A stretch of DNA of 64,000 bases from the human T2T-CHM13v2.0 reference genome, Homo sapiens, in NCBI RefSeq assembly GCF_009914755.1, contig NC_060925.1; one strand, given 5' to 3'. Shown here piece after piece: positions 32,563 through 51,060 of the stretch. The notes beneath the pieces were generated by a model, which searched no databases, was not told the DNA's origin, and saw nothing but the letters and a program-made list of their open reading frames with translations. The number at the start of each line of letters is the position of its first letter. Position 1 is the stretch's first letter. A program made the translations under genes and the position numbers.

Positions 32563-35500
32563 CTATTACTTCCACATAAGTAGCCAGAGAGAGAAAGCAT
32601 GGACAAATGCATGAACTCTATAACAGCAGCCCTTGTTAAAGGAACCACTAAGTTGTTTCACACACAGGGAAAGTGGGCTTGTTCCTTTTTCTGCTACTAC
32701 CTCTGCAAACTTCTGTGCTGCTTCTGCTTTGTTCCCTAACTTACTGGATGGAAGTTCCCCTTTCTCACTGCTAAGCTGAGAGAGGGAACTGCTAGCCCTC
32801 GCCTGGCCTGAGAGTACAGATCCATTACTGTGCATACATCATCCTGATGTCTGTGACCTCCTGCCTCTGCCTCTATCGTCAGTTCCTGTGCCTTTCCTGT
32901 GGCTGTCCCACTTTATGATCACATTTACGAACAGTTTCCTGATGAAGTAAATAAGGTATGTAGTGCTAGTTCCATTTTGGAGGTGAGTGAACTGAAGTAC
33001 AGAAAAGTGATCCTCACATTAATAAGCAAGTTGGTATCAGAAGCCAAGCCAGAGCTCAGGTGTTTTGATTCACAGCCCTTTATAACCATTATCATTTTGA
33101 ATGAAAAGTAAATCACTGTTTCTTAGTGATTTGGGCATGTTTCCTGAGTTAAGGGATCTGTCTGACATCCGTGGTAAGCCTTGTCTTAAGTGAATTGTGG
33201 GTAAAGACTTGTCCCAGATGGAGTGGGAGGACATGAAGGATGAGGAACTACCTTCAGGACCTTCCAGTCCATAGGCAGAGGTGGGGGAAATTCACAGAAA
33301 AACAAATGAGTTAAAGGGATACTGCAGTAGTGCTGGGAAATTCAGAGCTGTTTAAGACCTAGCATTCACCCCTGGTAGGAAAGGCAATCAAACACACATC
33401 TGACTGTCAGACTGACAAAGTTCTACAGTGGAAGAAAGAAAAGGGTGATTGTGAAATGAATAGACTTTCCACAGAGAAGCAGAATAACAGTGGAAGTGGG
33501 AGATACGCATTTTGGGGAAAGGAAAGAGCATGAAAAAAGAGGTAGAGGCACAAAGTACAAGGTGTGCTCAGAGAAGACTGGGACTTTGATGTGACTGGAC
33601 TGGAGTGAAAGGTGCATGGAGTGGAGGGTTGGGAGGTGAAGATGAAGACAAGAAAGGGAAATTGGAGCCAGCCAGTGAAGCGCCTTCAATGGCAAGGGGT
33701 TTGACTAAAATCCACTGGGGTCTTATAAACAAGTATAGATGGAAACAGCTGTATGGTGCTATAAACACAATGCTGGGTGACTGAGGTGAGGGGGAGAGGG
33801 AGCTGGCTGCTGGGAGAAGCTGAGAAACCAGAGCTGAACAGCTTGTTTCTAGAAGGGCCTAGGCATAAGGTATGGTTTGGGAAATTGCCTTGGCCAAGGA
33901 CCTTTTTGGAGCTGCAGATATTCTCTCCCAAGTTTAGTATCTGTGAAGATTGTTCTGGCCTAGCTAGGGAGGCGGACATCACAAGTGAGCTGAAGTCCAG
34001 AAGCAAAGAAAAGCACTTCTTCAGAGAAACAGGAGTGCACCATCTTTAGGGAGCTGGGATTCCGGGAGGGCCAGTTAAGGAGCCATGTGGGGAACAGGCT
34101 AGGAGGGGAGGAAGCTGTGTTTGGAGCTAGGGAATATCTCAGAGGCTCAAAGGCAATGAATGTTAAGGCCTCAGTGTGAAAAAAGCCCAGGCCATAGGAT
34201 GACTCACTCCTTTATTTCCCAAGCTCTGTTCTGCGTAGACAATGAAACCTCACTGAGATTCTTGCTGGTATGGAGTGGGTGGAGGGATTGATGCCTAACT
34301 ATAATCAGGGCCGACTTCCTAGCAGCAACAATACACCAGATGACCTGGAAATAGGGGAGGGTTGTAGAGTGAAGGGTGTGTTGCAGATGGGACTAGGGGA
34401 CTAGCATAAAGGGACTAATGAACTGGTTTGCCTGGGCTGGGTGGAGGGCAAGGATTGCCACCTATTGGCTGCTGAGGTAGGTAGGTCTGCATTAAGCAGG
34501 ATGCTCAAGAGACCTGGCCCAATGCAAGATACTATCTTTAAAACTATGTCAACATTTGCATCTTATCAGAAGATACATGACATTTATGTAGTTACATGGT
34601 GCTTGATTTTTGAGATTCATTTTATTCATTCTTGAGAGTCCATCAGCCTCAAAATCCCTAAGCGCCCCAAGACCAATTCAGTGGGCCATAAATGTAAACA
34701 GAATAGTTTAAGTCTGGGGTTAAGACCCCGGGAAGGCTGGGTTGGGGGGACTGTGGAGGCAATTACAGATTTTTACAGATTTTTGTTGATTTCTATCCCC
34801 TTGATTATAAAAGTTATGGGTATGTATTATAATTTCTAAAATGCAAATAAATATAAAGAAAATAAATATAACCCATAATTCCATCACTACAGATAATCAT
34901 TGGTAAACTTGTTGGTGTGTTTCTTTTCTACCCATGTATATCACATAAGTAGGACCATACTGTGTATAGTGTTTTGCATCCATTCTTTTACCTAACTTTA
35001 TATTGTAAACATTTCCACATCATTAAACATTTCTCCAAGAACAATTTTTAATGGCTGTATTTCATGGTATGAATATTACATAAACATTCCCCTATTGTTC
35101 GACCTTTAAAGTATCTAACTTTTCTATGCAATACACATTGTGGTGCTGAACAACTTTTTGCATACATATTTTTCTGGCAGCTCTTTTTAGAAAAACAACT
35201 TCCAGAAAGTTGATTACTGGGTCAAATAATAAGAACCTTTTTGAAAATTTTGATTCTATATTACCAGATGGCTTTCAGAAAGATTATATCAGTGTTCAAG
35301 GCCACCAGTAATGTGTTTGTGCACATGTACGTGTGTGTGTGTCTCCCATCTCACTAACTATACCCTTGCCAACCTGCATTAGCGTTTATTTTTTGGTTTT
35401 TTGTTTTTTAGTCTTTGCTATTTTGATTAGGTAAACCTGGTTATCTCTGTTCTCTTTTTAGTTTTATGGATTCTGTGTGAGGTGAAGAGGCCAAGTTTTT

Positions 35501-36409
35501 TTTAAGTTTGTTCAGGGAACAGTAGCCAGGGATCAATGGAAGTGGCACCAGATGCAGGTGGAGAAAAGGGTTCAGGGTCCAGAATCCAGCGTGGGGAGAG
35601 AAGAGGGAGGCAGAGTTTGGGAAGGATCTCTGCTGTGGGAGTGGTAAGAACTGGGAGGAGCCAGACAAACAGCATTAGAACAACTGGGTGTGGGGGGCAA
35701 AGGCCTCCCACAAGAGGGAAAATAGGGAAGAGATTAATTCCTGCTAATGCATTTAATTATATTCAGTGAAGTCTTAGGGACTTCCCTCCACAAGTTCCCT
35801 TTAGGTCGGATTATCTACCCCTTGGCAGTGGGGATGCTTGTTGGATAGACCCCAGAACGGCTGCAAGTGAATCAACCTGTGAGTGTCAATAGAGAACCAA
35901 GGCCAAGGCTAAAGCAATGGTAATACATGAATACTGAGTACTAACTACAGGCCAGGCACAGTTCTAAGCAGTTAACTTATATTAACTCATTTATCTTAAC
36001 CACCATATAAAGCAGGTACTCTTACACTCATTTTACAGACGAAATAGAAGCACAGAGAAGTTAGGTAACTTGCCCAGTATCAGTCAGGAAGTAGGTGAAA
36101 TCTGGATTTGAACCCAGACATTCTGGCTAGAGTTAAAGCTCTTAACCACCAAATACAGAAATGTGGGAAGGGGAGCCAGAATTGCAGGGCACAGCCTCCT
36201 ACCTACGCCGGCCGGAAGAAAACAGACGACCAAGTGAGATTGCAGGGGCAGGACTTCTGCTTAAAATGAATCCTGGGACAATGATAACAGCTACCTTTCA
36301 CTGGGCCCTCACTTCGTGCCAGGCACTGTGTAAAGGGACTTTACGTTTAATCTTCACAGTAACCCCTTTGAGTGAGGTACTGTCATTACCCCATCTTACT
36401 GATGAGGAA

Positions 36410-36990
36410 GCTGACGCACGGAACTGGCCCAAGACCCAGGGTCGGCTCAGGCCAGCCCTACCGCGGTGTGGTGGCTGCCCACGTGGCGCCCAGGAAGAGA
36501 AAAAAATGGCGAGGCGGGGTCGGCAGGCGGAGGCGGGGCCAGGCGGGGGCGGGGCCAAGGGCCGCAGAGCCTGGCGCGGAGCCGGCGAGATTTTGGTGGG
36601 GTCTCACCTGTTGCGTGACTCCCCCACAGTCCGGCCGCGGGAGTCCGACCCTGAATGCCCAGGGAGTGTTGAGAGAAATCTGGACGAGTTTCGGGTCCCG
36701 CTCCCTTGGGAGCACGTGGCCTACCAGCCTCTCGATTGCAGGGTTGGGTGGTCGCGACACCGGGGTCGCCTTGAGGCCAGTCCGGCTGCCGAGGTCTGCG
36801 GGAGTCCACCTCCGGCCAGCTGGCAATTTTGAAAGACTGCCTTACTTTCCCCATCTCAGTGCCAGGGCAGGGGCCCTTGGAGTGACTTGGCTGGGGTCTG
36901 TGGCCCGATCCCCCTGCCGTCCCTCAGGACCCGGGCTTTCTGCTGTACAGACTTCTCGTGGGCAGCCTCCCCTCGGAACTCGGGCATCAT
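36410..36990. promoter_or_regulatory. CpG island / AMPD2 promoter, possibly bidirectional with a GNAT2 upstream exon
   Basis: High CpG density; several GC boxes 36513-36555; YY1-like AAAATGGCG 36503-36511; CACGTG at 36480 and 36713. Confidence 0.85.
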
Positions 36991-36998
36991 GGCCTCAG
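36989..36998 (+). CDS. AMPD2: AMPD2 alternative start in the upstream exon (MAS-E, joins exon 42023 in frame)
   Basis: ATG GCC TCA G|gtgagt, phase-1 donor matching the acceptor at 42023. Confidence 0.75.
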
Positions 36999-37670
36999 GT
37001 GAGTGTGTGTACGTGTGTTGGAGGGAGGGTCTCTGGGACAGAGAAGTGCTGTGGCCAGAGTGACAAGAGGGTGGGAGTCACAGCACAGCAGCAGGACCTA
37101 GGGAAGGCGGTCAGCTCCTCCCAGGAGGGCCTGGGGAGCAGAGCCAGAGTGTGCAGAGACAGAGGAAAAATCCAAAGAGGCTAGGGTCTCTGTCCCAGAC
37201 CCCCAGACAAGGGGGTCTCCTGGCCTTCCTGCCTTCCTGGGAGGTAGCTATTTGGCGACGGTGGAATTTTCCCGGGACAGGCCCCTCCCTCCTGGGCTGG
37301 GATTCTCGGTTCTTCCCCCTCCTCCCAGAGCTGGGCTACCCCGGGAGCTGAGGGTCAGATGTGGAAGGAAAGTGGGTGCTGGGTTTTCACGGAGTATGCC
37401 TGCCCTGCCCCGGGAGGACTGTGTTTGAGCTTGGACTCGCTCGCTGCTGAATTCCTGTTTGTTATTCTTTTTTCTTCCAGGCTAGCTGGAAGGACCAGCT
37501 AGCCTGGACTTTGGCTTCTTTGCCCGGGAGCCCTGGCATGATGGGGTGAGGGCTCTTGGTGGGTTAGTGGAGAGCTGGGGGCTGGCCCTTCCCCATCTTC
37601 TTTTCTACCCACCCCCTCCCCGCCCCCCGCCAGGCCCAGCCACCATCAGTCACGTCACTCCTGGGACTGA

Positions 37671-38303
<633 letters not shown>

Positions 38304-41300
38304 TGAATGGAGCGGGGGTGTGTGGGACTGACTGTTTTGTGGACTGGCCACTCTGACTGGCGCCTGTGCCTTTACCAGGCAGGCTTAGGCTGTTCTGTGG
38401 CTAGTTCCACTTTTTAGGACCCCACATCTAGATCCCCCTCACTGGGGGTCTGACATCTGGGCACAACCATTGCTGGCTGGCATCCCACAACTGGGGGCTT
38501 GACTGTATCTATCGTTTGCTATTTGCTCATTCCTGGTCTATATTGTGAGCCTCCTTAGGAGTATGGGGTGTCCTTGGTCAGGTCCGTGCAGGGTTCAGGC
38601 TGGGGCTGCTGCCCGCACTGTGTGTGCTTCTGCACCCTTTGGTTCGTCTCTCACTCTAGTAAGCATCTCTGCATCATTTGGAGCAGGCAGTGAGGTGCGG
38701 CAGTGCCTGTCTCAGTGAGGGCTTGGCTGCCTGGCTCTGTGCTTGCAGAGGGATATCTGCCTGCTGTCTGCTCCCAGGCCTTGTGGCTAAGGAAAGACCC
38801 ACCCTGACTTTGATGACCAGATCATGCCGACTGCCCCCACCCTTGCAGCTGTCTGTAGCTATAGCCCAAGTATCAACCTCCTATATTTTTTTGTTTCATT
38901 GAAGATGACTGGTGCAAGGTCTCTACTGTCCTGAGGGTGTTCTCTGTGCCCAGGTCTGTGCCATCCAGAAAGGGTGTCCCCTGGGTGGGGCCCTTCCTGG
39001 CCCTGTTTGGTTCAGCAATAGGGCAACTGATACGGATCTAGCCCAGAGCTGGAGACCCTTCGGTGGTCAGATGGTAAGAGCATCTGATACTTGTGGGGTC
39101 AAAGCCGTGGACACCCCTGTGCCTACTGAGGCAGTCGTGGCAGTGTGTGAGGGGCTCCTGGTCGAGAGGGGAGATGGGGTGCTCAGAATCTCAGAGTTGG
39201 TGGGAGTGGCTCTGGAGCAGCCCACTCTGGCTTTTGCTTGACTTCTCCGTAAGTGTGGGTGTATGTGTGTGGTGCTGACCCCTAGAGAAAGGACCAGTAG
39301 GCAGCTGAGTCTTCTAGGCCTGGCCTCTGAGAACGTAGCGGTTACTGCCCGTGTGCCACCTTCAGTGAGCCTGCGGCAGCCCTGGAGAGTGGTCTGGCAG
39401 GCTGGGGGGATGGCACTGGCTGTTGGAATCTGTCCTGCTCACCCCAGGATTGCTGTGGAGCCTGAGACCCCCCTGCTAGGAGAGGGGGTTGAGATTTGAG
39501 CCTTTGACTCAACTCCTGCTGACCCAATATGAACCAGCCATGGAGGTCTGTGGTCGGCCTCCCCTAGAAGGAGTCAGAAGTGGTCTGGGGCCATATGTAG
39601 GGAGGAGGTGTGTAAAATCAGGGTTCTCGGGCAAGAAAAGATCTTACACTCTGGGGGTGAGACAGCTTCCCCTCTTTTCTTCCTCTTCCCACTTTGTCCT
39701 TTTCCAAGTAAGAGATAGAGTCACCCCATCTCCACTCCTGCCAAGTTCACTTCACTGCCCTTTACTGGCCTATTGCCTTTGCCCTGCACTGGGCCCAGGG
39801 AACCTCCCACTGTCCTCAGTGGGCGGGGCTACAGGTAGAATGTATTTTGAGGGTCCCAGGAGTTCATAATTGCAGGCCTTGCCTCAACACAGAGCCTGGT
39901 GTTTTGCAGAACACTTGCAGAGCCATTATCTCTGTGAGCCTTATGGCAGTTGTGGCTAGGCAGGGAAGGGACCACTTATCGCCCCACTTGTAGATGAGGA
40001 CCCAAAGCCTCCCAGAGGTAGGTAGAGACATGCCCGGAAGCAGGAACAGAATCAGATCCATGTTCTCCAAATTCTAGCCCCCTTTCTCCCAAACTTATTC
40101 TGGACAGTTTGTCCTGTCCCTGATGATAGGCTTGGATCAGGGGTTGCAGGTCTAGGGGCCTGCGAACCAGCCCCCTGAGCAGCTGGGCAGCGGGGAAGCC
40201 TCAGTGACTGGCCCCTACCTAGACTGGGCCATTTCCCCAGCTGCCAGCCAGCTCCTACCCCAGCAAAGGCCCTGTCTCTCCTGAGGGATGCCATAATCAG
40301 GGCCCAGAGGACAGTGGTGAGCAACAAGGCCACTGCCAGAAGAGGCCAACCTGGGGCTGTGGGTGTGATGAAGAGCGCTGTTCCCCTCCTTTTTCTCCCC
40401 TCTTACTCTTTGGCCAGCCAGGCCCTGCCCACTCACTGTCCCCTAGGGCAGTGGATTTTAAGGAGGCTTGGCTCCTCCCTGTCGGCCTGCCCTGCCCAAG
40501 TCAGCCTACCCTGCTACTCCCCCTTAGGAGCCTCACATCTGGCTGGGTCTTCCCTGGCACTGTAGAGGTGGAGGCCCTCTTCAGTTCTGGAGTTCGTCTT
40601 ATCTCCCAACTCTGATGCTCCTTCCCTTGGTTTCTGGGCTCCCTTGAACTCCCCTAGCTCCGTGCTCACGGCCATCTCAGGGTCTCCCCTGCTTGCAGCT
40701 GCACTTGGTACAGCCTGTGCCAGCCCCTGAGGGACCGGCTGCAGCTTCACTGGCAAACAGGCGGGCAAGGGGCACAGGGCTGCTGGCCGGAGCTGCCTGC
40801 ACTCTGCAGGTAGGGTTCAGGCAGGGGCCGGGGTGCGCAGGGGACGGGGTCCTGGATCTGGGGCAGGCCCCTCCCTCTTCCCTTTGTCCAGCTTTGGGAC
40901 CAGTCCTGGAGTATTGGGAAATGGGCGCAGAGACTTTAAGGCCGGCTACCTAGGCAGATCCTGTAATCCTTCCCTAAGCCAGGGTGGAGGGTGCTGGAGG
41001 GGAGCACTCCTTACAGCCGGCTGAGAGAGGCAGTTTGGGTGTGGAAAGCTTCTCACTGAGGAGCTGGGGCTGCTGAGCCCAGGGAGGGTCCTTCGGGGTA
41101 GGCTGGAAGCCTTGGCAGCCCCCATAGACCAGCAGCTTCACGGCCCTCTGGTGCCAGCCTCCTCGTGGTACAGATGGAAAGTCTAGTCTTGATGAAGAAA
41201 GACCCCTGGCTTCTGACACTCCCTTCCCCAGGGCCCTCTGTGGTGCCCCCGGTCCAGATCCTGGGGCCTGAGTGGCATAGACTGTTTGTGGCAGCTCCTT

Positions 41301-41856
41301 TTGGAGGGGCAGGCTAAGGCCAGGCCACATTTTGGCAGCCCTGGGGCCCTGGGGGACAGGGCGGGCCTCCAGGGAGGAGGTAGGGTTCCCTTGCCAACCA
41401 GGCCCTCCACTTCCTCTCCTCTTCCCTTGAGGGCTCGTCCCTAGGTCAGAGCTGAGCAGCAGCTGCGGCTTCTCTTGTGCTGCACAGGTCTAGGATGTCA
41501 GGCACAGGGCCCTGCCCCTTTGAGTGGAGAATCTGCTAGTCCAGGGGCGGGTCTGATCCTGGGTTGCCTGCCCTGGGAGCTGCAGGCTGGGGGTCCCTGG
41601 TGTGGCCGCCTGGTCCTTACCAAGCACCTGGTGTGTGTCTCTGAGGGTGTCTGTGTGCGTACGTGCATGTGTGTGCACACGTACACACGTGCACCTGCCT
41701 CTGGGAGGTAGTCACGTGGAGATTCTCATGGCCTGAGGGATCAGGCTCTAGTCTCATTTGTGGAGGTAATGAATCTACTTGTTCTAGGGGCAGACTCAGA
41801 ATCCCCACCCCAAGCCTGGAATGGGTGAGGGGTCCCTGCGTTAGAGGTGAGGGTGA

Positions 41857-42261
<405 letters not shown>

Positions 42262-42264
42262 TGA

Positions 42265-42513
<249 letters not shown>

Positions 42514-42856
42514 TGAGCCCGGCAGGCAGCTGCTTAGTCTCCCTCCATACCCTTCCAGACCCTTTCAGAGCCCCTTTTCTGCCTCTTTCCCTCGCACCCT
42601 GCCTTGGGGGGTCTGCACAGGGAGCATAGAGTGGGCTTTGGAGTCGGGCTGCTGGGTTCTGTTCTGTCTTCTAGCCGCCGGTGTGGCTGGGTCATGTTGC
42701 TTAACTTATGGGTCTGCTTTCTCATCTCTAAAGTGAGTGAGAACAGCACAGGGTTCTGCAGCTCTGCCTTTGAGGATCACATGTGACAACATGTGCACAG
42801 CACCTAGTGCGGTGCTGGGACCTGGGAGCAAGGGCCGTCCCTCGGGATCTGCCTGA

Positions 42857-42949
<93 letters not shown>

Positions 42950-43038
42950 TGAGGAGGGCAGAGGGGCACAGGGGATGCGGAGCTGGAGCCTGCCCTTCTG
43001 CCGGCTCTAAACCCCTCCCTTGAATGCACCCCCTGCAG

Positions 43039-43147
43039 GCTCTACAAGGAACAGGGTGAGGGGCAGGGTGACCGGAGCCTGCGGGAGCGTGATGTGCTGG
43101 AACGGGAGTTTCAGCGGGTCACCATCTCTGGGGAGGAGAAGTGTGGG
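43039..43147 (+). CDS. AMPD2: AMPD2 coding exon 5
   Basis: LYKEQGEG...[14 protein letters not shown]; 109 nt. Confidence 0.93.
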
Positions 43148-43376
43148 GTAAGTATGGGGTGTATGTTGGGTGAGTCGCCATCACCTATGTCTTAGTGGGT
43201 TCCCCCAGCCTGGAGAGCTGGGGGTGGGGGCTGGAAAGGGCGTTTCTCTTTCCAGCAGCTGGAGGGGCGGAGGGGCAGAGGGGCTGCCTAGGAGCCACTT
43301 GATGTGCTGGACCAGGGTGATCTGAGTGTTCCTGGGGGTCAGGGCCTGTGGGAGGTGGGGATAGTTTGGGTTCTAA

Positions 43377-44239
<863 letters not shown>

Positions 44240-44493
44240 TGAGTCCCCTGCCATCCCAGACACTTAGCTCCCCTCCCAGCCCAGATTCTCCAGCCCCAGT
44301 TCTGCCCCAGACTCCCATCACCTGGTGTCTTGCCCTTCCTAGTTGCTGAGCCCTCGACTTCCCCGCAGTCTACTTCCCTCTTGGCAGCCTCCATCCTTAC
44401 CCTCCCACCTGCTCCCTCTGATCTGCTACCCAAGCCCTCCCCAGGTGCCTCCCTTCAGGGCCTAAGTCCCTGCCTTGTTCTCCTCATGCCCAG

Positions 44494-45275
<782 letters not shown>

Positions 45276-45315
45276 TGAGACTCAAGGAGGGTAGGCAGAT
45301 GACCCCCTGAAGAGC

Positions 45316-45357
45316 TCTGACTCAGCTCACCTCATGTCTGACTCAGCTCACCTCATG
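45316..45357. repeat. 21-bp perfect tandem duplication at an AMPD2 3' splice site
   Basis: (tctgactcagctcacctcatg)x2 followed by tctag. Confidence 0.95.
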
Positions 45358-45362
45358 TCTAG

Positions 45363-45527
<165 letters not shown>

Positions 45528-45640
45528 TGAGTGTCCCTGGAGTGGGAGGGGAACCTGCGGGGTCATATTCAAGGGGTCAGGGCCTGCCTCCTGCCCTCCT
45601 AGGATGGCTGAGCCTCCCTTGTCCCTGCCAACCCCTCTGA

Positions 45641-46024
<384 letters not shown>

Positions 46025-46046
46025 TGACCCCAGGGTTCTGTATTAG

Positions 46047-46292
<246 letters not shown>

Positions 46293-46466
46293 TAGACCTC
46301 TGACCCACCTGTTGCCTGGACTGGATGGGTTCTTTCTCTGCCCTTGGAGCTACATCTGTCACCCCTCACAGCCAGTAATCTACCCCTGTCCCCCTTATCC
46401 CAGGCCTGCATAGTTATTGGCTGGAGGACATATGCGTGCTGGGTGGGGGGTCAGGGGCTCTGGTGA

Positions 46467-47873
<1,407 letters not shown>

Positions 47874-48752
47874 GCCTGGTCCATGAAGTGCCCACCACAT
47901 CGCAGCACTTTTACCACGTTTTGTCCTCAGACCCCGCCCATGCTGTGTGGTCTCTGCATGTCTCCATTCTTCTCTGTCTCTGTCTTGCATGTCTCCTACC
48001 ATGTCACTGTCCCTGGGCCACCCAGTGAAAGCAAAGCCTGGGAATCTGCTCATTGTTGTTTGGGCTCAGGTATTGAGCCTGATGGCCCAGGTATTGAGGG
48101 CCTCCCCTGCTGGTGGCCCTGTCCTGGGATCCTCAGAAGCCTGACTGTCCTATGGGCTTCTCCAGTGTCCACAGGGGCTTGGGATGGTTGTGGGGGGCTG
48201 GCCCCTCTAGCCTTTCCGGTCCTTCCTGGGCAAATCTAAGCCTTGGCCAGGGCCGAAGTTTAGGCCCCTGTCTTGTTCATGTAGCCGAGGGGCAGGCGGG
48301 GGACCTCTACACCTCTGCTGTGGGCACGGGGCTGCTGAGGGTCTGTGGAACTCCAGCAGCTCTGCACTGGGTAGAGCTGGGCCTAGAGCTCAGTCACAGG
48401 CCTGGGCTTCCTGGCCTGAGTGGGTAGACGCAGGCGGCAGAGGTGCTGGACCACATCTCCGCCAAGTCACTGCCCAGCAGCCTTCTCCGTCCTGTCCCCA
48501 GCCCACGTGCTCCTTGGGTGTCAGCTTCCTGTGCCTCTGTGGGAGAGGGCAGCTGCCTTGTGTTATGTCTGGGGCCACAGTTGCTGCAAAGTCCTGGATC
48601 TGCCACTCAACCCCGGGAGTGGTGTTCCCAGTGTGGCTCCCAGAGCTTTGACCAGATTGTGATCCCAGCTGGCCCCTATGTTGTGTTCTGGACTGAGGCC
48701 TTTGCTGTGAACTGCAGTGTTTCATACGAACCATCTTTCCTAGTGCATGAGA

Positions 48753-48758
48753 AATAAA
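48753..48758 (+). terminator. AMPD2 polyadenylation signal
   Basis: AATAAA about 880 nt after the stop, followed by GT-rich sequence. Confidence 0.85.
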
Positions 48759-50210
48759 GATTATTTAAGTAATGAGGCAGGTGGGGTTTCTGTTGGGAGA
48801 GGGAACGCCGTGGTGGGAGGTGGCTGTGGATGGAGGCACCGTGCATTCTGAGGGGAGGGACTAGGCTTGGGTGATGTGTATGTTGTGCATGTGGAAACTG
48901 ACAAAAGAAGCTGTGGGAGAGAGGAGATGCCCATCCAACCCTCATCCAGCCTGTTCCCTGTGAGGGGAACACCTAGCCCCGGGTCTGTGGCACATCCCTG
49001 TCACACCAGCTTGGGGGCTGGTGTCTGTTTCCCACCTTGTACTTCCTCCCCTCTTCCAGCCTCTGAGGGGATGGCCTGGTAGATGGGAAATATGCACCTA
49101 CAGACAAACCTGAGACCAGGGTCTTCTGGGGGGGGTCTTGTTTAGATGGCCCTCTCCAGGCCATACTCTCAGAGATTCTGATTCAATAGGCAGAAGGTGT
49201 GGCACAGACATCTGCAAACTCTCGGGCAGATTCTATTGCAAGAGGTTGGAACAAGCCTGTGCATTCCGATTCCAGCCCCCCGCCCCCGCCCCAATCCCAT
49301 CTCAGCCTCTGTCCCATGTTTAATACACAATTTCTGGAGCACCTCCCTGGCACAGAGGTTGCTGAAGTCTGTTCCCCAGGTAAAGAAGGAAAGTGGAATG
49401 TGCCCTGGGCTGTGCAGGGTCCTGGGTGGGCAGAGAGAAGCCTGTCGCTGCCCCTGCTGCTGGCTGGGGAGGCCTGTCCTCCCCTGGCTGGCTGCCTCAG
49501 AAGCAATTAGCCCTGGAACAGCATGAGCCTGTTTAATTGAGGGCCTGCCCAGAGCCAGAGCAGCTGGAGCAGGAGGGGGAGGCTGGGAGGCCGCTGGCTT
49601 CCTCCTCCTTTCTTGTCAGCTGCTCTCCCCCACCCCAGCCTCTTTCAGCAAGCAGGTCTGCACCTGGCCCTGGGTCTCCCAGTGGGTGCCCCGGGAAGAA
49701 GCTCTCCTCATCCCTCTCCACTTCCCATTGGCCAAGCCCTCTCCTGGTCAAGACCCAAGGCCCTTCAGTTCAGAAGACACCCCTTGCCAATTCATCCTGG
49801 CCACTTACATGTCACAGAATTGAACGTTGGAGCCCGATGAGGGTGGGAGGTGGTGAGTCCAGGGCTCCTTCACCCATGCTGGGCCTCGGCTGCCCAAGGA
49901 TCCCCCTTAGAAGGGTGAGGGGAACTCACTTTTCAAGTAGGTGAATAATTTAATAACACAAGTGAGCTGTGTCTTGTCTTTGTTTTAACAAGGAAGCAGG
50001 ATTAAAAGATTTTTCTAGAAGGTCTTTTGGAGGCAAGAACTGCCTGTCCTGTCTGCCAGCACTTAGGACTCCATATTTACTTGTTGAATTTGTCATTTAA
50101 TAGAATCCTTCAGTTCACTTTCTTGTCTCCTGTTTTTCTTAGTGTGTGTTGAGGCTTAGCTCTAAGAATATTACTAATTTAAAGTTCCTTAGCAGCCTCT
50201 TCACGGTTTA

Positions 50211-50412
50211 TTTTTGAAACGAGGTCTTGCTCTATTGTCCAGGCTGCAGTGACCTCCTGGGCTCAAGTGATCCTCCCACCCCAGCCTCATGAGTAGCTGG
50301 GACTACAGGCACGTGCCACCTGTAGACGGGGTTTCACCATGCTGTGCAGGCTGATCCTGAACTCCTGGGTTCAAAGTGCTGGGATTACAGGCGTGAGCCA
50401 CCGCACCCAACC
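50211..50412 (-). mobile_element. Internally deleted Alu
   Basis: Antisense Alu segments with gaps. Confidence 0.75.
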
Positions 50413-50749
50413 CACAATTTATTTTTTAAACAACTTGCCTCTGGTTTCTTAGTTTCTCAGAAATTTCTCTTTCAAATATTTATCAAGAGAAAATAATCTT
50501 AAAAGGCCTTAATACTTCTTCCTATTTGAAAAGAAAATCATTTTCATTAAAAAAAATTTGGAAAATATAGAAAAATAGGAAGAAATAAAAGCCCACTCAT
50601 AATCTACCAGTTTCACCAAATATTTGCTGCATGCCTGAGATATATGTAGATATTTTAATACATATCTGTGCATATTTCTGTATTCTTTTCAGTTCTTTTT
50701 AAAATGCTATTTTTAAGTTGAGATCACAAGAATGATTTAGGCTTTTTAA

Positions 50750-51060
<311 letters not shown>

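Noticed and set aside
36161-37184. Long ORFs (223 and 270 aa) over the CpG island
   Set aside because: No recognisable domain; they begin in MIR-like sequence and are expected from stop-codon depletion in GC-rich DNA.
48063-48098. Short repeat ggc(t/c)caggtattgag x2 in the AMPD2 3' UTR
   Set aside because: Too short to infer any function.
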